This document shows positions 8,610 to 17,845 of a DNA stretch of 54,931 bases, piece by piece. This stretch comes from a virus (taxonomy: Duplodnaviria; Caudoviricetes). The notes under the pieces are model-generated. The model saw only the letters and a list, made by a program, of their open reading frames with translations, was not told where the DNA came from and made no database searches. Every line of letters begins with the position of its first letter. Within the stretch, counting starts at the first letter, position 1. The stretch is from IMG/VR virus record IMGVR_UViG_3300035180_000859, positions 1 to 54,931 of that record; one strand, written 5' to 3'. The translations under genes were made by a program, and so were the position numbers.

Positions 8610-9184
8610 CAAAAGCTATTCAAATCAAACACCGCTGGACTGGTGACGTCCTATTTGAGGGTAACAGCGGCACAACCATAAGGGCTACGCTCGAAAAGGC
8701 GACAGCAGCAAAAACCTACTTGCGCGACGCCGACCTGAGTGGTGCCGACCTGAGTGGTGCCGACCTGAGTGGTGCTAACTTACGCGGTGCTGACCTGCGC
8801 GGTGCTGACCTGCGCGGTGCCGACCTGCGTGGTGCCAACCTGCGCGACGTCGACCTAAGTGGTGCCAACCTGCGCGGAGCCGACCTACGCGGTGCCGACT
8901 TGTGGGGTAGAAAGCTCGTCGGCAAGCGCCCGTTTTTAACCATCGGCCCCATTGGCTCGCGCTGCGATTACATGCAAGCGTGGATCACCGACACAGGCGT
9001 GATGGTGCAAGCCGGGTGCTTTTTTGACACTCGTGACAAGTTTGAGTTGGCGCTTAATGCAGAGCATGGCGATAGCGATAGCGACCACGGCCAGGAATAC
9101 CGCGCTGCGCTGGCGCTGATTGACAAGCACGCCGAACTGTGGACACCTGCTGTTGCGCCGCAAGATGCTGAAGAAGATATTTAA
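8606..9184 (+). CDS. Pentapeptide repeat protein
   Basis: About 12 tandem A(D/N)L(S/R)G repeats followed by a typical phage C-terminal domain (IGPIGSR...AGCF). Confidence 0.9.
   Translation: MTKAIQIKHRWTGDVLFEGNSGTTIRATLEKATAAKTYLRDADLSGADLSGADLSGANLRGADLRGADLRGADLRGANLRDVDLSGANLRGADLRGADLWGRKLVGKRPFLTIGPIGSRCDYMQAWITDTGVMVQAGCFFDTRDKFELALNAEHGDSDSDHGQEYRAALALIDKHAELWTPAVAPQDAEEDI
8719..8905 (+). repeat. 15-bp tandem repeats encoding the pentapeptides
   Basis: GCCGACCTGAGTGGT / GCTGACCTGCGCGGT units. Confidence 0.85.
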
Positions 9185-9205
9185 CACTCAACGTATGGAG
9201 ACATC

Positions 9206-9628
9206 ATGACAAAAGAACTTGTAGTTGAGCTACGTTTTGCAGCAGACGATTACAGCCTATTTGATAAGAGCATAGGTAGAGATGCCGCCGACACAATCGA
9301 ACGACTGGGGAATGAACTACTTGCAGCCACGATCCGCATTGACAACGACGCCCGGACGATTGAGAGCCTGACACAAGAGCGTGACGCTGCAATCGCTGAG
9401 TCACTAGAGCAGGCACGCCTGCTTGATATAAACAGCGAACGTGGGGCTGCTTTGCTTAGTAGGGCAGACGATATGCAAGCCCGAATCGACGTACTGATGG
9501 CAGGATTTTCAAAAGCCACAGATGAACTGTTCGCTCTGTCGCAGGACGATGGCAAGGTCGAACGCGCACTAGACAGAGCTAATGCAGAAATTGCAAGACT
9601 CAAAGATTCATTAGGGGAAACCAAATGA
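9206..9628 (+). CDS. Coiled-coil hypothetical protein
   Basis: GGAG RBS; heptad repeats. Confidence 0.7.
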   Translation: MTKELVVELRFAADDYSLFDKSIGRDAADTIERLGNELLAATIRIDNDARTIESLTQERDAAIAESLEQARLLDINSERGAALLSRADDMQARIDVLMAGFSKATDELFALSQDDGKVERALDRANAEIARLKDSLGETK

Positions 9629-9663
9629 TTAAGCCCTTAGCTGGGCTGAATCTGGAGTGAATT

Positions 9664-9871
9664 TTGAGTAAAGAAACTGTAGAAAACTGACGCACGAAAT
9701 CTACAAACTGTGTGTCGGGCAGGATGTTGCAGCAGTCGTAGGCGCAGGGCTGAATATCGTTTTACCGCGCTTGATTCTGTTGATTCGCAAGAAATAAGGG
9801 CCCACTTCGCGCGCTCTTTGCGCGACATGGCTACACAGATTGAAAGCCATATAAAAGAAAGTGTGCACTGA
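9664..9871 (+). pseudogene. Small ORF broken by two apparent single-base deletions in homopolymers
   Basis: Adding one A (GAAAAC) and one T (GTTTTA) gives a continuous protein LSKETVEKLTHEIYKLCVGQDVAAVVGAGLNIVFTALDSVDSQEIRAHF...ESVH; GGAG upstream. Confidence 0.5.
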
Positions 9872-9872
9872 C

Positions 9873-10199
9873 ATGGGCGAAAGAGCTGCATTTGAAAAGT
9901 GGTACATGAGCGGTGATCTGAATATCAAATCCATTCACAGCTTTGACTCAACGTATTACACGTCCCCAACGACACGAATTGCATGGGTAGCTTGGCAAGC
10001 CTCCCGCAGAGATGCGCTCGAAGAATCTGCTGACGCGCAGCAACATACATGCACATGGACGCTTGACGATGATGAGTTAGGCACTTGGGCATCATCATGC
10101 GGTGAGCTTTGGAGCTTTATCGACGGTGGGCCGGATGAAAACCGGATGTCGTATTGCCATCGTTGCGGTGGCAAGGTCGTCAAAGGGGAATCAGAATGA
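9873..10199 (+). CDS. Hypothetical protein with C-terminal Zn-binding motif
   Basis: ERAAFEKWY...AWQASR module plus CTW...SCG...YCHRCGGK. Confidence 0.7.
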   Translation: MGERAAFEKWYMSGDLNIKSIHSFDSTYYTSPTTRIAWVAWQASRRDALEESADAQQHTCTWTLDDDELGTWASSCGELWSFIDGGPDENRMSYCHRCGGKVVKGESE

Positions 10200-10843
10200 C
10201 ATACATAGGATTCCTCTACGAGGAATTACGCAGAGCTACTGATGGTGGCAACGAATCGATGACGCATGAGGAAGCGCTGAAGCAAATCAAATACTAGCGG
10301 AATGCCATGAATACGATACCTTACGAATGGATGGCGTCAAGCGTACCTACTGCAACGCGTGATGCACTGGCAGAGGACACCCTACAACAGTATACGGCGG
10401 CATACCAGGGGATAAAGCAGCCTGACCTAGTCGTGGAAGCGCAGACGACGATAGACACCTTCATTACCGACCAAGGGCCTCTTGGGCTTACGAGTGAGCA
10501 AATGAACATGCTGGTATTTGGGGAAGCGAAGTCACCAATGGACGCAACACCCCAGCCAGCTATCCCTGCGGGGTGGCAACCGATTGAGACGGCACCGGAC
10601 GACTTTGTGCTTGTACACGAAGATGGCGCGATGCGTGCGCTTGTACACACAAACGGCAAGTGGAAAAATCCCAGCTACCCGGCGCTCGTTTCGCTTGCTT
10701 GGGGTGATGTACTGGTAGGCGATGATGCCAATCACGTGCTTGCGCCGCTTGGCTACAGGCTTGAGTTGCGAGACGGATGCTGTGAAAACCCTACAGAATG
10801 GATGCCCCTCCCAGAAGTACCAAATCCTGAAAGTAAATCATGA
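10196..10843 (+). CDS. DUF551-like accessory protein; in-frame TAG at 10295 (open from 10307)
   Basis: WQPIETAP...PTEWMPLPEVP motif; the coupled ATG at 10196 is in frame with 10307 across one TAG. Confidence 0.7.
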
Positions 10844-11247
10844 GCCGAATTAAAGCAATGCAACAGGCGCTTGATGCGCTTTTGTCACATGTAAGCGCGT
10901 ACCCACACATGGATAAGGGTTACATGGTTGATGCGCGTGAAGCCTTGCGTGAAGCACTGACAGAGGACACCCTACAGCAGCATGCGACGTCATACCAGGA
11001 GATGGAGCAGTCTGACCCAACAGACGAACGAACCAAGTTGATCAGTCGGTTGCGTCTAGGTGCGTCAATATTACGTGACCGCGGGATTAATGAAGACTTT
11101 GCGGCTATTGCCGACGACGCGGCCGACATGCTAGGGGCTGATGCTGCTTGGTATGCAAAGGGCGACAGACTTATGAATGCCAGCTTCAGCCCCTTGTTCA
11201 GTGCAGGGCAATGGTGGGCAGATCGCCCTTGGGGAAAGAAAACATGA
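10840..11247 (+). CDS. Hypothetical protein
   Basis: ATGA coupling; shares a 71-bp module with the upstream gene. Confidence 0.7.
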   Translation: MSRIKAMQQALDALLSHVSAYPHMDKGYMVDAREALREALTEDTLQQHATSYQEMEQSDPTDERTKLISRLRLGASILRDRGINEDFAAIADDAADMLGADAAWYAKGDRLMNASFSPLFSAGQWWADRPWGKKT

Positions 11248-11387
11248 CGCCTGAAAACAAACGCGCCAGAGAAGCATATCGCACCGTCGCTAGATGTGAG
11301 GTCTGCCGCTGGCCGCTCAGTGCACAAAACTGCTTGCATTGCCGCATTGGACATAGACAGAATCAATTGACTCTCTTCGTTTTTTAA
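11244..11387 (+). CDS. 47-aa zinc finger with near-terminal QLTLF motif
   Basis: CEVC...CLHC...NQLTLFVF; ATGA coupling. Confidence 0.6.
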   Translation: MTPENKRAREAYRTVARCEVCRWPLSAQNCLHCRIGHRQNQLTLFVF

Positions 11388-11397
11388 TCTGACATCT

Positions 11398-11529
11398 ATG
11401 AACAACCTAACCACTCACGCCGCTGAACTTTTCCCTAATCACCCAGCCTATCAGACAGCTTGGCTCCGAATGATTAAGCTCCTCGGCCCCAAGTGGCTGC
11501 TGGCTACCCCCGTCAGGAGAACAGCATGA
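11398..11529 (+). CDS. 43-aa hypothetical protein
   Basis: Manual translation MNNLTTHAAELFPNHPAYQTAWLRMIKLLGPKWLLATPVRRTA. Confidence 0.55.
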   Translation: MNNLTTHAAELFPNHPAYQTAWLRMIKLLGPKWLLATPVRRTA

Positions 11530-11873
11530 CAGGCGAAGAATGGAAAGAGAAATACTACCCAGTCGAGGCGAGTGACTGCCCTAAAGACGAAGCCATCGCT
11601 CACAGCATCCGCAAGTGGGAAGGCGTTGCCTGGGCTGTCCAAAACCATATAGCTGTACCAATCCGAGTTGACGCGTCGACCTGTACGCTGTGCATCTACT
11701 TCTACGGCACCAGTGCCGAAGGTGAAAGTCGCTGCCTCAGGTGCCCGCTGGCCATCAGCTTGGGATACAGATGTGATGAAGGTACCGACAACGAAGAATC
11801 CCCTTGGGGAGCTTACTACAACAACAAAGACCCGTTCCCTATGCTCAAGGCCCTGCACGCTATCAAACCATGA
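11526..11873 (+). CDS. Cys-rich hypothetical protein
   Basis: AGGAG RBS; HSIRKWEG...CTLC...CLRCPL. Confidence 0.7.
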   Translation: MTGEEWKEKYYPVEASDCPKDEAIAHSIRKWEGVAWAVQNHIAVPIRVDASTCTLCIYFYGTSAEGESRCLRCPLAISLGYRCDEGTDNEESPWGAYYNNKDPFPMLKALHAIKP

Positions 11874-12040
11874 AACCTACCACAACATTTGGACGCGAGC
11901 AGCCAACGCGCTACCGTCCTCCCCTTCCCATCCCTGCTGGCGAGCGCAGCTACTACCTCCCCGGCGACGGCGACGTGAAGGCTATACGTCGTCCTGGATC
12001 AGACCACTCCCACATTAAGTCACGAGGGCAACTATGCTGA
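11870..12040 (+). CDS. Small hypothetical protein
   Basis: ATGA coupling; RRPGSDHSHIKSRG. Confidence 0.55.
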   Translation: MKPTTTFGREQPTRYRPPLPIPAGERSYYLPGDGDVKAIRRPGSDHSHIKSRGQLC

Positions 12041-12156
12041 GCAATGAAGTCGAACTCTCCGGTCTGGGTTACATCTGGGCCGAAACACAAAAGATTCTCA
12101 ACGCCAAATGCGACGCTGAAGAATAGCCCAACCACAACCTTTGGAGCTTATAAGCC

Positions 12157-12315
12157 ATGAAGAAGATTACCCATACCCCCAAGCAACAAGCGCGGCGCAC
12201 TCGCGCGTTAGCCCGTTTCACGGTTGACCCTGGACGACTTGATGATACCGAATATGTAGCTCGTAAAGAGCAGGAACGTACGGCACTCAAAGCACGTTTA
12301 GGGGCACAAGCATGA
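12157..12315 (+). CDS. 52-aa basic hypothetical protein
   Basis: GGAG RBS; ATGA overlap with the AAA gene. Confidence 0.55.
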   Translation: MKKITHTPKQQARRTRALARFTVDPGRLDDTEYVARKEQERTALKARLGAQA

Positions 12316-13298
12316 AACCATCATCCATTCGCACGACACTCAAGCACTTGATCACCAAGAAACGCCCGCCGTTCATCTGGGGTGCACCAGGCGTTGGCAA
12401 GTCTGACGTGGTCCGTCAGGTCGCAGACGACATGAAGTTCGAGCTGCGTGACGTTCGACTGTCTTTGCTAGACCCGATCGATCTCAAGGGCTTTCCTACC
12501 ATCGACGCAACCAAAAAGCTCATGAAGTGGTTGCCAGCTGACTTCTTACCCACCAAAGGCAAAGGCATCCTGTTCTTGGATGAAATGAACAGCGCTCCCC
12601 AATCCGTCCAAGCTGCTGCTTACCAGTTGGTACTCAACCGTAAGATTGGCGACTACGAGCTACCAACCGGCTGGGCCGTAGTTGCTGCGGGCAACCGGGC
12701 CTCTGACCGTTCAGTGGTTCATGCCATGCCCGCTGCGCTGGCCAACCGTTTCGTTCACCTGGACTTCGATGTCAACGTCGAAGATTGGAGCTACTGGGCT
12801 ATGAACAACGAGATTCATCTCGACATTCGTGCCTTCATTCGCTTTCGTCCGAATCTTCTCCATTCGTTCGACGTCAACACCAACCCGCGTGCCTTCCCAA
12901 CACCGCGTAGCTGGGTGTTTGTGGACGACATCTACAAAAACAACCTGCCAGCTGACGATGAGTTTGAACTGATCAAAGGCACCGTTGGCGAGGGTGCAGC
13001 GGCTGAGTTCTCAGGCTTCGTACGCCAGATCAAGGACCTACCGACCATTGATCAGGTGCTGCTGGACCCGGATGGCACGAAACTGCCAAGCAATCCAAGC
13101 GCTCAATACGCCATGGTGACTGCCCTGGACAGCAAGGCCACCACCGGCAACCTGGCGCGAATCATGAAGTACGTTGAGCGTATGCCAGTGGAGTTCCAGA
13201 CAGTGTTCGTGCGCAGCGCAATTCGCCGTGACTCGAAGCTGACTGGTACGAAGTCCTATGTGGACTGGGGGCTGAAAAATAGTGCGGTGCTGGCGTGA
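12312..13298 (+). CDS. MoxR/dynein-related AAA+ ATPase
   Basis: GAPGVGKS Walker A, LFLDEMN Walker B, AAGN sensor I, ALANRF arginine finger, TPRSW sensor II. Confidence 0.92.
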   Translation: MKPSSIRTTLKHLITKKRPPFIWGAPGVGKSDVVRQVADDMKFELRDVRLSLLDPIDLKGFPTIDATKKLMKWLPADFLPTKGKGILFLDEMNSAPQSVQAAAYQLVLNRKIGDYELPTGWAVVAAGNRASDRSVVHAMPAALANRFVHLDFDVNVEDWSYWAMNNEIHLDIRAFIRFRPNLLHSFDVNTNPRAFPTPRSWVFVDDIYKNNLPADDEFELIKGTVGEGAAAEFSGFVRQIKDLPTIDQVLLDPDGTKLPSNPSAQYAMVTALDSKATTGNLARIMKYVERMPVEFQTVFVRSAIRRDSKLTGTKSYVDWGLKNSAVLA

Positions 13299-13432
13299 AC
13301 CTTGTCGAACACCTTAACCCGTTCGTCCGGTGGCCAGCACGCATAGTCGTGCTACCGATCATGTTGATGGTCAGTGCCGTGTGCATCCTGGGCCTGATGC
13401 TCAGAGACTTAATCCGACTAAGCCGCAAGTGA
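13295..13432 (+). CDS. 45-aa single-TM protein
   Basis: GTGA coupling to the AAA gene; ...ARIVVLPIMLMVSAVCILGLML... Confidence 0.5.
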   Translation: MNLVEHLNPFVRWPARIVVLPIMLMVSAVCILGLMLRDLIRLSRK

Positions 13433-13488
13433 ACAGCACCTGACTGTGTGAAATCCTGAGACGGCTTCACACAGTCAGGCTCGTTCAC
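13429..13488. other. Long intergenic hairpin
   Basis: Perfect 14-bp stem CCTGACTGTGTGAA/TTCACACAGTCAGG plus an outer GTGAAC/GTTCAC stem. Confidence 0.7.
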
Positions 13489-13586
13489 GCCCGACTGCTC
13501 GGATGCGAAGAAACCCACCTGCAGAAGGAACCAACACAATTCAACATATATTGACTACAAGTGAAAATTAACCAGAGAGCAAAACG

Positions 13587-14420
13587 ATGACCAATCCATT
13601 ACAAACTAAAGCAATGTTGGTGCAATTGTCTATTTCGCAGTGGACCGGCAGAAAGGCTGACAAGAAAGTCACCAGTGAAGTTGAGCAGGTTCATGGCGCT
13701 CACGATTCTGGTAAGTTCAACAAGATTCTGGTAGCCAAAGAACTACTCGACCCAATCGCCAAAATTGCCGGTAGAGCCCGCGACTATCACTACCACCTGA
13801 CGCTGGCCTGGTCAGACTCCGGCCCGCGCATTCTACCCAGTGCCCTGTTCGCTGAGTACACCACGACATTTCGCGGGCTCAAGGCTGAGTTCGAGAAAGC
13901 CGTGAACACGATGGTGGCGTCTTACCCGGTCGAAGTCCAAGCAGCGCGTAACCGCCTGGGCACCATGTACGAGCCAGACGACTATCCAGACCCTGGCGAC
14001 ATGTACATGAAGTTTAACCTGAAGACTGAGTTCATGCCAGTGCCGGACGGGGACGACTTTCGTGTATCTGTTGGGGAGGATGATCGACAACTACTGGCTG
14101 ATTCCGTCCGAGAGTCCGTCAACACGCGTCTTGCTGCTGCAGTCACTGCGACGTACTCGCGTATTCGAGATGTTGTCTCCAAAATCGAAGAAAGACTTTC
14201 TGTACCAGGTGCGATTTTTAGGGACAGCCTGATCACCAACGCCATCGAGCTGTGCCAGGTGCTTGACGGGCTCAACATCACAGATGACCCAGTCATCACA
14301 GACATCTGCAAAGACATTAGAGATCACTTACTCATGCCACCAAGCTTAGTGCGCACCAACTCGAGCACGCGTCAAGCTACCGCCGAGCAGGCCACCCGCA
14401 TCCTGGCGAAACTGCCGTGA
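13587..14420 (+). CDS. DUF3150-like helical protein (AAA/vWA-associated)
   Basis: AMLVQLSISQWTGRKAD...TLAWSDSGPRILP...FRDSL pattern and its position next to the AAA gene. Confidence 0.65.
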   Translation: MTNPLQTKAMLVQLSISQWTGRKADKKVTSEVEQVHGAHDSGKFNKILVAKELLDPIAKIAGRARDYHYHLTLAWSDSGPRILPSALFAEYTTTFRGLKAEFEKAVNTMVASYPVEVQAARNRLGTMYEPDDYPDPGDMYMKFNLKTEFMPVPDGDDFRVSVGEDDRQLLADSVRESVNTRLAAAVTATYSRIRDVVSKIEERLSVPGAIFRDSLITNAIELCQVLDGLNITDDPVITDICKDIRDHLLMPPSLVRTNSSTRQATAEQATRILAKLP

Positions 14421-14836
14421 ACGCCTGGTCTAAATTACCTAATGCAGCACATATTGATGCCGTACTTGCACACTTAAGACTGCACCCTGATCGTTGGAGC
14501 GCAGCCAGGGGCGTAGCCTGGGACACAGCCATAGATGCAGCCTGGAACGCAGCCGGAGACGCAGTCGGAGACGCAGCCAGAGGCATAGTCTGGGACACAG
14601 CCGGAGACGCAGCCGAAGATGCAGTCTGGAGCGCTGCCAAAAGCGCAGTCTGGAGCGCTGCCAAAAGCGCAGCCCGGGGTGCAGCCAGAGGTGCAGTCCT
14701 AGCCCTGATCGCCTATGACGACTGTGCACATTTTTTAGCTCAACCTGTAGAATCTGTACGGGTGTCATCTCGATTAGGTGTACCCAGCGCACTTTTGTTG
14801 CTCCCTGCATGTATCGCAATGGGAGGCGAGTCGTGA
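14417..14836 (+). CDS. Ala/Trp low-complexity repeat protein
   Basis: WSKLPNAAHID N-terminus; (W/G)DAA(R/G) repeats; LIAYDDC...LLLLPA. Confidence 0.75.
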   Translation: MNAWSKLPNAAHIDAVLAHLRLHPDRWSAARGVAWDTAIDAAWNAAGDAVGDAARGIVWDTAGDAAEDAVWSAAKSAVWSAAKSAARGAARGAVLALIAYDDCAHFLAQPVESVRVSSRLGVPSALLLLPACIAMGGES

Positions 14837-15063
14837 CCCCTGAATATGAGGATGAAGTAGCTGAGACGTGGGACGTGCAGCGAGCGTTAGTCACGCTTCA
14901 TCACATCGATCCAATCTGGTTCAGCAATCTCGCCACCTTCGAGCGCATGAACCCACGCACCCGTATTCTCTGGTGGCGCGGAGCAAGAAAACAAGCTCAG
15001 CTCGGCGTACCCGCTATGCAGACGCTACTACTGAAAGTTATCGAAATACGACTCACGGAGTAA
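14833..15063 (+). CDS. Hypothetical protein ending ...KVIEIRLTE
   Basis: GGAGG RBS; GTGA coupling. Confidence 0.65.
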   Translation: MTPEYEDEVAETWDVQRALVTLHHIDPIWFSNLATFERMNPRTRILWWRGARKQAQLGVPAMQTLLLKVIEIRLTE

Positions 15064-15068
15064 ACATC

Positions 15069-15797
15069 ATGGGGTATTCAATATCCACCCGCAACCTGAA
15101 GTGCATCAGCAACTTCGCCGAAGCTGAAGCCTTCTGGGCCGCAGCTAAGCCTTGGCGCAACAGACCTGCGTCCTGGCGCCCATTGGGTGAACGTCGAGCT
15201 AGGCATAAGCGCATCGTGCGCATCAACGACGGTGGCGGCTATCAGTTGGTGCTGCATCAGACATCTATCGTCACTTATTTCAAAAATGGCGACATCAGCT
15301 TGCAGACCTACAGCAGCGCCTCAACACAAGACTTCGCTTGGTACATGAAGCCAACGGGCATGAAGCCTCACTCTGTGAGAGGCGTGATGTACTGGGAATT
15401 TCCCAGCCAGGAAGGCCCACGTTTTGTGCGCCAGAGTAACGACCCCCTATTTCTGACTTATGTCGGAACCGGTCAGTACCACCTAACCACTGAGCCCGCC
15501 GTCGATTACGAGTGGGTACTGGACCGCAAGAAAGCAGCCGCTACGCGCAAACAGCTTAGCCACTACAAACGCTGGTACGACATGACCTCGCGGCTCATGG
15601 GCCACGACCTTCGCAGAGAAATCTCCGCTTCAGAAGTCGCAGCCCTCTTGCGCAACTCAGACAATCTGGACTTTTTCGTCGATACCGGCACCTATTGGGG
15701 TCCCGCTGAGGGTATGTATCCTAGAGCTTATGAACTCACTGGCGCCCGAACCCGGGTGCCAGTGCCTTACGATAGACTACCAAGGAAACAGAGATGA
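15069..15797 (+). CDS. Hypothetical protein (242 aa)
   Basis: GGAG RBS; long ORF. Confidence 0.75.
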   Translation: MGYSISTRNLKCISNFAEAEAFWAAAKPWRNRPASWRPLGERRARHKRIVRINDGGGYQLVLHQTSIVTYFKNGDISLQTYSSASTQDFAWYMKPTGMKPHSVRGVMYWEFPSQEGPRFVRQSNDPLFLTYVGTGQYHLTTEPAVDYEWVLDRKKAAATRKQLSHYKRWYDMTSRLMGHDLRREISASEVAALLRNSDNLDFFVDTGTYWGPAEGMYPRAYELTGARTRVPVPYDRLPRKQR

Positions 15798-16015
15798 GTC
15801 GTATATCCATCATTGTGTACCACGATAGCGCAACTGAAAAGATCGTAACTCACGCAGACAGCGCCAGTGACATCGAAATGCTCGACTATGCAATCAAAAC
15901 TTTCGGTCCGGCTCACAGAATTAAACGTGTCCATCTTTGCTCCGAAGACAGCGTCCACGTCAACGAAGCACCACTCGTTACCTGGCTTAAAACCGTCAAA
16001 AGGCTTACCAAATGA
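15794..16015 (+). CDS. Hypothetical protein ending ...TVKRLTK
   Basis: AAGGA RBS; ATGA-coupled on both sides. Confidence 0.7.
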   Translation: MSRISIIVYHDSATEKIVTHADSASDIEMLDYAIKTFGPAHRIKRVHLCSEDSVHVNEAPLVTWLKTVKRLTK

Positions 16016-17103
16016 TTAATCAAGGCGTCGCAGACCAGCTCACTCGTGCCCGCACACAACTGATTCTGGATCATTCGTTCTTTGGCCAGCTCGCTCTGCG
16101 CCTGCCGCTGGTGGAAGATACCAGTACCAAAACACTATCGGTCAACGGCAAGCGCATCCGCTACAACCCGACGTTCGTTGAGACCTTGAGCGGCCCGCTG
16201 ACCAAAGCCGCCATCGCCCACGAAGTGATGCACTGCGTCTTTGACCACATCGGCCGGCGCCAGGACCGCAACCCGCGCAAGTGGAACCAGGCAGGTGACT
16301 ATGTCATCAACCTGGCGCTACAGGACTCAGGCTTCGAGATCGGTAAGTCCTGGCTGCTCAACACCGCGTTCGCCGGCATGGGCTCTGATGAGGTCTACAA
16401 CCTGCTGCCTGAACCTGACGACGAAGACGGTAAAGACCCACTCGATGAGTGTCAGGACGGTGACCCCAGCGACATTGAAGTCAATGCCACCGACTGGAAG
16501 ATCGCTACCATTCAGGCAGCCAACCAGGCCCGCGCCGAGGGCAAGTTGCCTGCCAGTCTGAGCCGCTTTATCGAAGAGCTGACCGAGACTAAGATCGATT
16601 GGCGTGCCATGCTACGCCGCTTCATCACTGAAACATCAAAGAATGACTACTCGTGGCAACGGCCTAACCGACACTTCATCGAACAAGGCTTCTTTCTACC
16701 TACCTTGTACAGCGAATCCATGGGCGAAATTGTCGTGGCCATCGATACCTCAGGTTCGATTAGTCAAGAGATGCTCAACACATTCGGCGGAGAGATCAAA
16801 GCCATCGTTCAGAGCAGTCGACCAAGCAAAACTCATGTCATATATTGTGACAGTCAGGTCAACCACGTTGATGAGTTTGGCCCCAATGATGACCTCAGCT
16901 TCGACATGCACGGCGGAGGCGGTACAGCGTTCAAGCCGGTGTTCGACTACGTGGCAGAGTGGGGCATCAAGCCGGTGTGTCTTGTCTACTTGACAGACCT
17001 GTATGGAGACGCCACATTCTCTCCGCCCGACTACCCGGTCATGTGGGGGTGCACTACCCATGAAGTTGCGCCGTGGGGTGAGACAGTGAGGATTGAGGAA
17101 TGA
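16012..17103 (+). CDS. DUF2201-type protein: HExxH metallopeptidase-like domain plus vWA domain
   Basis: AHEVMHC...WNQAGDYVIN; MIDAS DTSGS, GGGGT and LTD. Confidence 0.9.
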   Translation: MINQGVADQLTRARTQLILDHSFFGQLALRLPLVEDTSTKTLSVNGKRIRYNPTFVETLSGPLTKAAIAHEVMHCVFDHIGRRQDRNPRKWNQAGDYVINLALQDSGFEIGKSWLLNTAFAGMGSDEVYNLLPEPDDEDGKDPLDECQDGDPSDIEVNATDWKIATIQAANQARAEGKLPASLSRFIEELTETKIDWRAMLRRFITETSKNDYSWQRPNRHFIEQGFFLPTLYSESMGEIVVAIDTSGSISQEMLNTFGGEIKAIVQSSRPSKTHVIYCDSQVNHVDEFGPNDDLSFDMHGGGGTAFKPVFDYVAEWGIKPVCLVYLTDLYGDATFSPPDYPVMWGCTTHEVAPWGETVRIEE

Positions 17104-17615
17104 AGATCACCGAGATTGACGGCGAACTGTTCATCGACGAACAAGGCGCCGTCGGATACATCAACGTGATGGGCAATCATGCGATCTTCTCGTTCACGAC
17201 GCGATCGGTAAGCCTTACCGCAGAGCAACGGGCGGAAATATGTGCTTATGCTGTACCTCGGATTGACAAGATCAATACGTTGGCTCTGGTGACAATGCGG
17301 CTTGAAGGCGCGGACGACAGTAGGCTCAGACTACATCGTTCTCTGCTCGCCACTATCCCACCAGTCGCCCCTAAGCCTAGACCATACCTTAAGGTTACGT
17401 ACGATGAGCCCAGCACCGTGTTCGGACAAAAAATTGTGCGTGTCTTACTCGACGACCGTGTTGTCGGCCAGTTCAGCCTATTGTCTTCTGGCTGGAAATT
17501 TATGTGGATCGGTGACACCTGGGCGCGGGTATCGACCACAAAAATGGCCGAGATTCAACAGCTGATACACGATAAAAAATACATGCTGGACCTTACAACT
17601 CGGTTTACAAGGTGA
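17100..17615 (+). CDS. Hypothetical protein with two modules, each ending in a TxR motif
   Basis: ...LALVTMRLEG... and ...MLDLTTRFTR*. Confidence 0.7.
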   Translation: MKITEIDGELFIDEQGAVGYINVMGNHAIFSFTTRSVSLTAEQRAEICAYAVPRIDKINTLALVTMRLEGADDSRLRLHRSLLATIPPVAPKPRPYLKVTYDEPSTVFGQKIVRVLLDDRVVGQFSLLSSGWKFMWIGDTWARVSTTKMAEIQQLIHDKKYMLDLTTRFTR

Positions 17616-17845
17616 ACACCATGTTTTGGCGTAACCCTATCGTTAACAAAAGTCTTTGCTTGGTCTGGTACGAAACTGACGACATCAAGATATGCATCGG
17701 AGAAATCAGTGCTGATCACAACAAATGGAACTTCCACCACAATAATATTTCTGCAAACCTGAAGCCAAATAAGCTGCAGGAACTACGCAGCTGGGCGAAG
17801 GATCAGATTATTCTGATGAATCTTACTGAGAGGAAGCTGAAATGA
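17612..17845 (+). CDS. Hypothetical protein ending ...LMNLTERKLK
   Basis: GTGA coupling. Confidence 0.65.
   Translation: MNTMFWRNPIVNKSLCLVWYETDDIKICIGEISADHNKWNFHHNNISANLKPNKLQELRSWAKDQIILMNLTERKLK

Noticed and set aside
13390-13490. Hammerhead ribozyme (CTGA and GAAA words nearby)
   Set aside because: There is no CUGANGA core in the right order with the required stems.
14490-14700. Repeats in the Ala/Trp protein as a DGR template or variable region
   Set aside because: They are simple coding tandem repeats, with no reverse transcriptase in the window and no adenine-specific mismatch pair.
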